Origin: Candidatus Eiseniibacteriota bacterium
GTDB lineage: Bacteria > Eisenbacteria > RBG-16-71-46 > SZUA-252
DNA: 37,809 nucleotides
Reading direction: 5' to 3'
Assembly (NCBI GenBank): GCA_031370645.1
Contig: JANMQV010000060.1
Location: 1 to 37,809, forward strand
Position numbers and translations under genes: made by a program. Shown here one piece after another: positions 1-7,035 of the stretch. The notes beneath the pieces are model-generated. The model saw only the letters and a list, made by a program, of their open reading frames with translations, was not told where the DNA came from and did no database searches. The stretch's first letter is position 1, and each line of letters starts with the position of its first letter.

Positions 1-726
1 CGCCACCGCGCCGTATGCCTGACGCGTGAAGACGTCGCCGAGCGCCTGAAGCGGGCTTCGGTCCTTCCAGAGAAGTCCCGCACCTTCCGCAACGCGCCAC
101 GGAACGATGAGCGCCGGCGTGAGCCCGACGGCAAACCAGGCCGCGCCGTGCGCGAGGCGGCGCCACGCGAACCGGCGTCCCAGCACCCAGCCCGCGAGCA
201 CGATGGCGGGTGCTGCCAGCGTCTGATGCGAGAGAAATGCAAGACCGGCCGTGAGCCCGAAGAGCGCGTCGGCGCGAATTCCGGCGGTGCGCGCGGCTCG
301 CGCGTTTCGAGCGGCGAGGAGCATCGCCAGGAACGCGACCGCGGCCAGTCCGTAGACTTCCGCTTCCACGGCGACGTGCCAGAGCGGCGTCGAGAGCGCG
401 AAGAGCGCCGCCGCCACGCCGGCCGCGACTCGGCCGGCGCCGAATCGGCGGGCCACGAGATAGAGCAGTCCGACCGCCGTCGCCGCCAGGAGCGCTGAGA
501 GAGCGTTCACGCGCCAGGCGAGCGATCCAACCGGGATGACGGAGGCGATGTGGGCGAGAAGGGTCCAGAGGGGATATCCGGGGGGATGAGGTACGCCGAG
601 CGACTCGGCGGCGAGCAGAAGCTCGCCGCGGTCCCCCGCACCGACGCCGGGCGCCAGCGTGCGTGCGTAGAGCACTCCGGCGGCAGTCGCCGCGAAGAGG
701 GCTTCTCCCGCCATGGTCCGGCGCAT
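1..726 (-). CDS. DUF2723 / TMEM260-like membrane glycosyltransferase (GT-C type), 3' end runs off the window
   Basis: Absent from the ORF track. Manual translation from ATG 726 (GGGGG RBS-like element 7 nt upstream) is open to base 1: MRRTMAGEALFAATAAGVLYARTLAPGVGAGDRGELLLAAESLGVPHPPGYPLWTLL...RVNALSA...LWHVAVEAEVYG... The D-x-GE, GxPHPPGYPL, RVN and AVEAEVY motifs are characteristic of DUF2723, with multiple hydrophobic helices. Confidence 0.88.
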   Translation of the reverse strand, partial: MRRTMAGEALFAATAAGVLYARTLAPGVGAGDRGELLLAAESLGVPHPPGYPLWTLLAHIASVIPVGSLAWRVNALSALLAATAVGLLYLVARRFGAGRVAAGVAAALFALSTPLWHVAVEAEVYGLAAVAFLAMLLAARNARAARTAGIRADALFGLTAGLAFLSHQTLAAPAIVLAGWVLGRRFAWRRLAHGAAWFAVGLTPALIVPWRVAEGAGLLWKDRSPLQALGDVFTRQAYGAVA

Positions 727-756
727 GCTATTTCCCCCGTTCGACCGTGCTCCCTG

Positions 757-800
757 AAAACGGTGGAGCGAGGCGGGGTTCCCTCCCCACCTCGCCGCCG
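757..800 (-). terminator. Intrinsic terminator-like hairpin downstream of the pilin gene
   Basis: Minus strand GCGAGGTGGGG-agggaa-CCCCGCCTCGC stem, extendable by CGGCGG/CCACCG, followed by TTTT. The short U-tract suggests partial termination before the DUF2723 gene. Confidence 0.55.
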
Positions 801-842
801 CTCAGGTCCGCCGTGAGGCGGGTCCATCCACTGACGCTTTGA

Positions 843-1223
843 TCAGTACGACGAGTAGGCGTTCAGATTCGCCTTCGCGACGCCCGTCGTGGAGTTGTAC
901 TGCCAGCCGCCGGCGTTATCGATGCCCGCCGTCGTCTTCACAGCCAGCGAGTTGTTGACCGGTTCCTTCGGGACGCGGCCGTCGGCGAAGATCGTGCCGT
1001 CGAGCGTCGGGAAGGTGGCGCTGCCGTTGAGAGCGTTACGCGCGTACTGAATGGCGATCGCCGAACGAATCGCGCCCAACTGGCCCTTCAGCGTGGCGAC
1101 GCGCGCCTGCTCCCGCATGTCCTCGTACTTCGGGATCGCGACCGCGGCGAGGATGCCGAGGATCACGATCACGATCACCAACTCGATGAGCGTGAAGCCC
1201 GATTCCGAATGCTTCCGAACCAT
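843..1223 (-). CDS. Type IV pilin (MshA/GspG-like), 126 aa prepilin
   Basis: Class III signal MVRKHSESG|FTLIELVIVIVILGILAAVAIP with E5; strong RBS AGGGAGGT upstream of ATG 1223 (the ORF-track start at 1277 is over-extended); mature length 117 aa with no Cys. Confidence 0.95.
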   Translation of the reverse strand: MVRKHSESGFTLIELVIVIVILGILAAVAIPKYEDMREQARVATLKGQLGAIRSAIAIQYARNALNGSATFPTLDGTIFADGRVPKEPVNNSLAVKTTAGIDNAGGWQYNSTTGVAKANLNAYSSY

Positions 1224-1295
1224 GATGAAAACCTCCCTGTTCAACGGACCTGAGTGCCCAGCCCCCGCGGGCTGCATGGATGGCTACGAGTGAAA

Positions 1296-1324
1296 GATTC
1301 GGCTGTTTCGAACCCGATCTTTAG
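1296..1324 (-). promoter_or_regulatory. sigma28 (FliA/WhiG)-like promoter for the pilin gene
   Basis: Minus strand CTAAAG-N15-GCCGAATC in the pilC-pilin intergenic region, compared with consensus TAAAG...GCCGATAA. Confidence 0.6.
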
Positions 1325-1341
1325 TCCCCGAAATCGCGCCT

Positions 1342-2589
1342 TTAGTGGCGGAAGGCGCTCATGAGGTTCCAAAGAGGCAAGAAGACGGCCAAGGCGGTGA
1401 AGAGGATCCCGACCGCCATGACAACCAGGAGCACCGGCTCCAGGGCGGAGGAGAGGTTTTTGAGGGCGTAATCGACGTCCCTATCGAGATATGTGGCGCC
1501 CCGGGCGAGGAGTGTATCGAGCGCTCCGGTCTCCTCGCCGACCCCCACCAATTCGACTACCAGAGGCGGGAAAACCCGGCTCCCCCGGATCGGCTCGGTC
1601 AATCCCTGACCGGCCACCACTCCATCCCGCATCTTGTCGACATCGACTTCGGCCACTTTGTTGCCGAGCACCCCCCGCGCGATCGACAGCGCCTGGACGA
1701 CCGGAATACCGGCCGCGAGGAGCGCCGACAAAACGCGGATGAAGCGCGACACGATGAGCTTCTGCATGACCGGCCCGAAAATCGGCGCGCCGAGAATCCA
1801 GCCGTCGATGCGGGCCCTCCCGCCCGGTGTGCGCGACCAGAGAATCCAGGCCGTGACCGCCGCGACGATTCCGAAAAGTACGAGGAGGAACTGCGCTTCG
1901 AAGAAGTCGCTCACGCCGATCAAGACGCGCGTCGGAAACGGTAGGTCGGCGCCGAGTCCTTTGAAGAGGCTGGCGAAGCGCGGAAGGACGAACTTCACGA
2001 GCACGAGGAACGCGACCACGAGCTCGATGCAGATCACCATCGGATAGAAGGTGGCCGAGCGGAGCCGCTGATCGGTTTCCTCTCCGTATTCGAGAATGAT
2101 CGCCACACGGTCGAGCATCTGCGTGAGAAGACCGCTCTCCTCGCCCGCGTGGACGAGGCTCACATAGAGCTCGGGGAAACAGCGATCGTGGCGTGCCATC
2201 GCCTCCGTGAGCGTGCTTCCCTGGGAGACGTCGCTCACCACGGTGTCGATCGCCTCGCGGAGCGGAAGGCTCGTCGATTGCGCGCCAAGGAGCCCGAGCG
2301 CTGAAACGAGCGGAAGGCCCGCCTCGAGCATCGTCTCCAATTGCCGCGTGAAGAGGATGAGGTCGCGGCTCGAGACGCGCGGGGTGAAGAACGGGATCAC
2401 GAGGGGGCGGGACGCGGCGCCGACCGGCGACTTCGCGCCCGTTGCGGCCTCGCTCTTCGCCTCCAGGCGAATCGGGGTCAGTCCCCGCGCATGGATTTGG
2501 CCGATCGCTGCGTCGAGATCGGGAGCATCGAGAACACCCTGCTCGGCGCTCCCGGTCGCCGCGAGAGCGCGATAGTGGTAGGTCGCCAT
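1342..2589 (-). CDS. pilC: Type IV pilus / T2SS inner-membrane platform protein (PilC/GspF family)
   Basis: MATYHYRAL N-terminus; two T2SSF repeats (FTRQLETMLEAGLPL...AGEESG; ...GEETGALD...LEP); C-terminal AVFLPLWNL helix. Confidence 0.95.
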   Translation of the reverse strand: MATYHYRALAATGSAEQGVLDAPDLDAAIGQIHARGLTPIRLEAKSEAATGAKSPVGAASRPLVIPFFTPRVSSRDLILFTRQLETMLEAGLPLVSALGLLGAQSTSLPLREAIDTVVSDVSQGSTLTEAMARHDRCFPELYVSLVHAGEESGLLTQMLDRVAIILEYGEETDQRLRSATFYPMVICIELVVAFLVLVKFVLPRFASLFKGLGADLPFPTRVLIGVSDFFEAQFLLVLFGIVAAVTAWILWSRTPGGRARIDGWILGAPIFGPVMQKLIVSRFIRVLSALLAAGIPVVQALSIARGVLGNKVAEVDVDKMRDGVVAGQGLTEPIRGSRVFPPLVVELVGVGEETGALDTLLARGATYLDRDVDYALKNLSSALEPVLLVVMAVGILFTALAVFLPLWNLMSAFRH

Positions 2590-2592
2590 CGG

Positions 2593-4302
2593 CTACCGGC
2601 CCGCGTCGGTCGCTTGGCTGTCGACGAGGGCGGCGTCGCGGGACGTGATGCGGAGCACCTCCTCGAGCGTGGTGAGCCCCTTCGCCGCTTTTCGTGCCGC
2701 GTCCTCCACGAGGAGCTGCATGCCGCCGCGCCGCGCGGCCCGGGCCAGTTCCTCGACCGGAGCGTGCGAGGCGATGAGCGAACGGATCTCCTCGGAGATG
2801 TCGAAGACTTCGTAGATGCCGATCCGCCCCTTGTACCCGGTGTCTCCGCAGGCGCGACAGCCGGCCGCTTCGAAGAAGGTCCCCTTCCCCCGCGGCAAAC
2901 CGAGCGAAGCGAGGAGATCGTCGGGAGGCGTCACGGGGCGCCGGCACTTCTCGCAGACGCGGCGAAGGAGCCGCTGCGCCACGACGCCGTTCAGCGCCGA
3001 GGCGAGGAGGTAGGGCGCGATCTGCATGTCGAGAAGGCGCGGAATCGCGGCGACGGCGTCGTTCGTGTGGAGCGTGGAGAAGACGAGATGCCCGGTGAGC
3101 GCCGAGCGAACGGCGATCTCGGCCGTGTCGTTGTCGCGGACCTCGCCAACCAGGATCACGTCGGGATCCTGGCGGAGAAGCGCGCGGAGGCCGCGCGCGA
3201 AGGTGAGCCCGATTTCGGGATCGACCTGGGTCTGGCGGACCGTCGTCACGTGATACTCGACCGGATCCTCCAGGGTGGCGATGTTTCGGTTCACCGTGTT
3301 GATCGTGTTGATGCAGGCGTAGAGGGTCGTCGTCTTGCCGCTTCCCGTCGGGCCGGTCACGAGCACGATGCCGTTCGGCCGCGCGACCATCCGTTCCACG
3401 AGCGCGAGCGGCTCGGGGGGGATGCCGAGATCGGCGAGGCCCCGAAGCGGCGAGGAGAGATCGAGAATTCGAAGCACCACGTTCTCGCCGTGGATCGTCG
3501 GAAAGGTCGAGACGCGGAGATCGAATTCCTTCCCCGCCGCGCTCGTCCGGATGCGGCCGTCCTGAGGGAGCCGCCGTTCGGAGATATCGAGCGACGCCAT
3601 CACCTTGATGCGCGACACGACCGACGCGTAGAGCGTCTTCGCCTGGGTTGCGACTTCGCGAAGCTGACCGTCCACGCGAATCCGGATTCGGAACGACGCC
3701 TCCTCGGGCTCGATGTGGAGGTCCGAGGCTCCTTCGCGCACGGCCTGTTCGATGAGGGCGTTCACGAAGCGGATGATCGGGCCGTCTTCTTCGGGGCGCG
3801 CGGCCACCGCGGCGGCCGCCTGCTTCAACGCCGCCTGCTGGCGGACGATCGAATCGAGTCCGCCGGAGGCCGGCGTGTAGCGGTCGATCGCCTCGCGGAT
3901 CTGAGAGCCCGCCGCCACGACGACATCGACGTCGAGCCCGGTTGTCAGACGCACTTCGTCGCGCGCCACCACGTCGAGCGGGTCGGCCATCGCGACGGTG
4001 AGCGTGTTTCCGATCTTGAAGAGGGAGACGATCTGGTACTGGCGAGCGACGCGCTCGGGGACGAGCCGCACGATCTCGGGTTCGAGAACGTAGGTCGAGA
4101 GGTCCATCCGAGGCACGCCGAGTTGCTCTTCGTAGTAGTCGAGGATCGCGTTCTCGGAGACGAGCTCGAGGCGAAGGAGGACTTCGCGAAGGGTGGCGCC
4201 CGTTCGGCGCTGCTCCTCGAGCGCGCGCGAAAGCCCCGCGGACGTGAGGTGTCCCTGCTCGACGAGGCACTGTCCGAGCGGCTTTCGTCCTCCGGAATTC
4301 AT
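2593..4302 (-). CDS. pilB: Type IV pilus assembly ATPase (PilB/GspE/MshE family) with N-terminal MshEN domain
   Basis: ASDLHIEP, ERRLPQDGR, Walker A GPTGSGKTT, Asp box TLEDPVEY, LRQDPDVILVGEVRD, His box TGHLVFSTLH, Zn site CEKC...CRAC; RBS AAGGAGG. Confidence 0.95.
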   Translation of the reverse strand: MNSGGRKPLGQCLVEQGHLTSAGLSRALEEQRRTGATLREVLLRLELVSENAILDYYEEQLGVPRMDLSTYVLEPEIVRLVPERVARQYQIVSLFKIGNTLTVAMADPLDVVARDEVRLTTGLDVDVVVAAGSQIREAIDRYTPASGGLDSIVRQQAALKQAAAAVAARPEEDGPIIRFVNALIEQAVREGASDLHIEPEEASFRIRIRVDGQLREVATQAKTLYASVVSRIKVMASLDISERRLPQDGRIRTSAAGKEFDLRVSTFPTIHGENVVLRILDLSSPLRGLADLGIPPEPLALVERMVARPNGIVLVTGPTGSGKTTTLYACINTINTVNRNIATLEDPVEYHVTTVRQTQVDPEIGLTFARGLRALLRQDPDVILVGEVRDNDTAEIAVRSALTGHLVFSTLHTNDAVAAIPRLLDMQIAPYLLASALNGVVAQRLLRRVCEKCRRPVTPPDDLLASLGLPRGKGTFFEAAGCRACGDTGYKGRIGIYEVFDISEEIRSLIASHAPVEELARAARRGGMQLLVEDAARKAAKGLTTLEEVLRITSRDAALVDSQATDAGR

Positions 4303-4350
4303 GGCGATCCCCTCCTTGCGGCCGCGCGGATGAGCGGGCTGTCGGATGGG

Positions 4351-4379
4351 TTATCGGCCGAGGGGAGGGGGTTCTATAG
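4351..4379 (-). promoter_or_regulatory. sigma28 (FliA/WhiG)-like promoter upstream of pilB
   Basis: Minus strand CTATAG-N15-GCCGATAA: a perfect sigma28 -10 octamer with the same spacing as the pilin promoter. Confidence 0.65.
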
Positions 4380-4429
4380 CGACCGGGGTTCGGGGACGCG
4401 AGGCCCGCCGGCACCGGCCGGAAAGCGGT

Positions 4430-5587
4430 CTATCGCTGGAATTCGCTCGGGTCTGTCTCGGAGTTCTCGAGGTCGGGCGGAAGTTCCGGCTCCTGCTTGA
4501 TTTCCGGCTTCGCGTCGGAGCCGAGATCGGTGAGCGTCAGCTCGGTCCAGGAAAGGAGCGATCGGGGCGTGGCCGAAGCAGAGAGACCGGTCGAATCGGG
4601 CGCAAGCGCACCGGCGACCGTATCGGCGTGGAGGAGGCTATCGGCCTGCGCCGCTACCGCCACCGCGGCGGCGAGGAGGGTCGAGTCGGGTCGAGTCGTC
4701 AACGGCGCGCCCGACAGGAGGCTGTCGCTCTTCGCACTCCACGGCAGGCGTCGCATTTCCGCCTGGAAGACCGAACGGGCGAATCCGGTGATCGGCACGA
4801 CGCCATTTCGCCAGAAGGTCTGCGTCAGCACGAGCCGCTCGATGCCGGTCGAATCGTCGTTCGACGGCCAGCGATCCGTGCCGTAGCGGCGCACGCGCTC
4901 CACCACGGCGGGTACGACGCGACGGCCCAGGCGAAGCGTATCGGGCCCTACCGAGGACTGGATCGGCCGGATGCTCGGATCGTACTCGAAGAGTTCGAAC
5001 GAACTGACTTCTCCGCCGGAACGAGCGTGGCGGGAGGCGCCGACCGGATATTCGTAGAGCTTGGCTCCGCTCATCGCCTGGTAGCGAACCAGCACGAAGC
5101 CATCTTCGTCGCGCGTCGCGGCGAGAGGGGCCGCGTCGTCGTCATTCGCCGAGTCGTCGGAGCCGGGGGAATCGCCCGTCTGCGAAGAGCCGCCGATCTG
5201 CGATCCGTCGCCGCCGGGAAGGAGGTCGGTCCCGCGCAGAGCCGCCGGCGCGAAGAGGCCACGCTCGATCCGCGGCATGCCGCGGCCGTCGGTCGTCTTC
5301 AGCTCGACCCAGAGCCCCCAGCGTCCCCTCCCGAGATCCTCCCTCGAGACGACGGCGACGCGCTGGTCGAATTCCCGGACGGAAGAGTGGCCGCTTTGGG
5401 TCCGCCCGTGGAACGAGACCCAGGTACCAACTAAATCGTGAGCGGGGAGGCGAAGCGAACGAAGCTTGAGGGTCTGCGCGGAAGCGGAAGGGATGCTCCC
5501 CGCCGCCACGGCGAACGCAAAGATGGCGAACGCCGCAACGCGGAGAAACCTAATCCCAGTGATTGATGTGACTGACGGCCTCGTCAT
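4430..5587 (-). CDS. Exported hypothetical protein (start uncertain)
   Basis: Signal-peptide-like RFLRVAAFAIFAFAVAAGSIPSASA|Q, beta-rich body, acidic low-complexity insert and a cluster of D(S/T) motifs. ATG 5587 overlaps the end of the upstream cytochrome gene by 38 nt. Confidence 0.75.
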   Translation of the reverse strand: MTRPSVTSITGIRFLRVAAFAIFAFAVAAGSIPSASAQTLKLRSLRLPAHDLVGTWVSFHGRTQSGHSSVREFDQRVAVVSREDLGRGRWGLWVELKTTDGRGMPRIERGLFAPAALRGTDLLPGGDGSQIGGSSQTGDSPGSDDSANDDDAAPLAATRDEDGFVLVRYQAMSGAKLYEYPVGASRHARSGGEVSSFELFEYDPSIRPIQSSVGPDTLRLGRRVVPAVVERVRRYGTDRWPSNDDSTGIERLVLTQTFWRNGVVPITGFARSVFQAEMRRLPWSAKSDSLLSGAPLTTRPDSTLLAAAVAVAAQADSLLHADTVAGALAPDSTGLSASATPRSLLSWTELTLTDLGSDAKPEIKQEPELPPDLENSETDPSEFQR

Positions 5588-6896
5588 AGTCGAAGTTCGG
5601 GCTCTGCTCCTTGGTGTGGCAACGGGCGCAGGCTTCCGGTCCCACCGATGAGACTCCGTCCGGATGCTTCGTTCCCATCCCATGGCAGTTCTCGCACTGG
5701 ACGTTTACGAGGTCGGGGGTCGACTGCTTCGAGATGAACCCGCCGGCCTGCCCCAGCCCCACGACGTGACACGTGAGGCACTCAGGCGTGGCGTCGCGCT
5801 CGGCTTTCACCAGCGTTTCGAACGCGCGCGCGTGGCTCTGCTTCAGGTACTTCTGGTATTCGACTTCGTGGCAGCGACGGCACGTCTTCTCGCCGAGATA
5901 GTGGTCCGCGGCCAACAGCTGCTGCGTCTGCGCTTCCTGCTGCGTCGCCTGCTGCTGGTTCTGCGTGGCGAACCGCCGGTTCAACTCGTCGCTGAAGGCG
6001 TCCACCTGCTGATTCATGGTTTCGTCGGCCGGCACCTTGTCGTCGAGCACGACGACTTCGCCGTCGTACGACGTGATCTTCCCGTCTTCCACGACGAGGT
6101 GGATGCCTGGAATGTGTTGCCCGCGCTCTCCTCCACGGACGTTGATGACGCCCTGCGTCTGGACGACGTCCTTGAAGAGCCCCACCTGGTGTCCGAAGAC
6201 CATGACGTCGATCCCCGGCACTTCCACCGTGAGCCGCTGCCCCTCGGGAAGTCCGAGGTGCGAGAGAACGATGATCACGTCGGCCTTCTTCCGGAGCTCC
6301 GGAATGAGCGTCCTCGCCGTCTCGATCGGATCGAGGATTTCGAGCGGCGATTCCGACGGCACCGTCCGGAACTTCGCGTCCTTCCAGATGAAGCCGGTGA
6401 ACGCGACGCGCACGGAGCCGATCCGCCGAATGACGTACGGCTTCACGAACGGCTTCTTGGTGCCGGCGAAGACGATATTCGCCGAGACGACGTCGATCTT
6501 CGTCTTCTTGAACGTGTCGAGCAGGTACTTCTGCCCGAAACTGAACTCACGTTCCCCCAGCGTGACGACGTCGTAATGCAACTTGTTCATCGTCTGGACC
6601 AGGAACTCGCTCTTCAGCGAATCCTGGACGCCGCCGAATCCGAAGAAGTCGCCCGCGTCCACGAGCAGACGGTTCGGGAACTTCGTCGCACCGATCTTGA
6701 GTTGACTCGCCCTCCGGGCGAGTCCGCCTAGCGGGTGCGCGTGTCAGCCACAGGGGGCGAGCTCCCCAAAGACGTCGGTGGTGCTTTGGAGGAAAATGTC
6801 GGTCGGGGCGCTCTTCCCTTGGAGCGACGCGGCAGCCGTAAGCATAAGCGCGACAACAAGAAAGAGCAGGTATCGAATTCGAGCCAGCGAAATCAC
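5550..6896 (-). CDS. Exported UshA-like (5'-nucleotidase-fold) selenoprotein fused to a cytochrome c554-like tetraheme domain; Sec encoded by TGA 6746-6744
   Basis: The frame of ORF 5550..6662 continues upstream across a single TGA: MISLARIRYLLFLVVALMLTAAASLQG KSAPTDIFLQSTTDVFGELAPCG-U-HAHPLGGLARRASQLKIGATKFPNRLLVDAGDFF. It supplies a signal peptide, the first metallophosphoesterase strand, and the CxU and GGLARRA motifs. Four CxxCH motifs (CRRCH, CLTCH, CENCH, CARCH) lie at the C-terminus. Start is GTG 6896 or CTG 6887; about 448 aa. Confidence 0.9.
6704..6724 (-). promoter_or_regulatory. Bacterial SECIS-like hairpin
   Basis: Minus strand GACTCGCCC-GGA-GGGCGAGTC: a perfect 9-bp stem with a G-starting apical loop 28 nt downstream of the in-frame UGA. 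Confidence 0.82.
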
Positions 6897-6915
6897 CCCC
6901 TCACGCGGTCAGATA

Positions 6916-6943
6916 GTATCGGCAACGTGACGCAAAACTATAC
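6916..6943 (-). promoter_or_regulatory. sigma28-like promoter upstream of the selenoprotein gene, overlapping a possible sigma70 promoter
   Basis: Minus strand TATAGTTT-N11-GCCGATAC matches 14 of 16 positions of TAAAGTTT-N11-GCCGATAA. The same TATAGT can also be a sigma70 -10 with TTGAAC (6966-6961) 18 nt upstream. Confidence 0.55.
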
Positions 6944-6975
6944 CCCGCTGCGCTTCCCGGGTTCAAGGCGGGAGG

Positions 6976-7016
6976 AAAAAAGAGGGGCGGGGAGGCGTTT
7001 CGGCCATCCCCACCCC
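6976..7016 (-). terminator. Rho-independent terminator of the HU gene
   Basis: Minus strand GGGGTGGGGA...TCCCCGCCCC stem followed by TCTTTTTT, 20 nt after the HU stop. Confidence 0.85.
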
Positions 7017-7035
7017 GAAATCGTCGATGGGGGGA

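Noticed and set aside
843-1196. Electrically conductive pilin (e-pilin) partnering the cytochrome
   Set aside because: The mature pilin is 117 aa with 9 aromatic residues (about 7.7%). It has F1, Y24 and Y51 but lacks equivalents of Geobacter PilA Y27, Y32 and Y57, so the sequence gives no support for conductivity.
1481-4500. Long alternative-frame ORFs (e.g. 1481..4414 -, 2341..4500 +; likewise 8556..10751 +, 16368..18311 +, 16372..18195 -)
   Set aside because: Arg/Pro/Gly-rich shadow ORFs expected in high-GC DNA. They overlap well-supported genes and contain no recognisable motifs.
6744-6746. Treating the TGA as a nonsense mutation (pseudogene) or as the end of a separate 50-aa peptide
   Set aside because: It falls in a C-G-x motif at the known Sec/Cys position, is followed by a SECIS-like stem, and both flanks are intact and in frame. 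All other genes use the standard code with TGA as stop, so genome-wide reassignment is also excluded.
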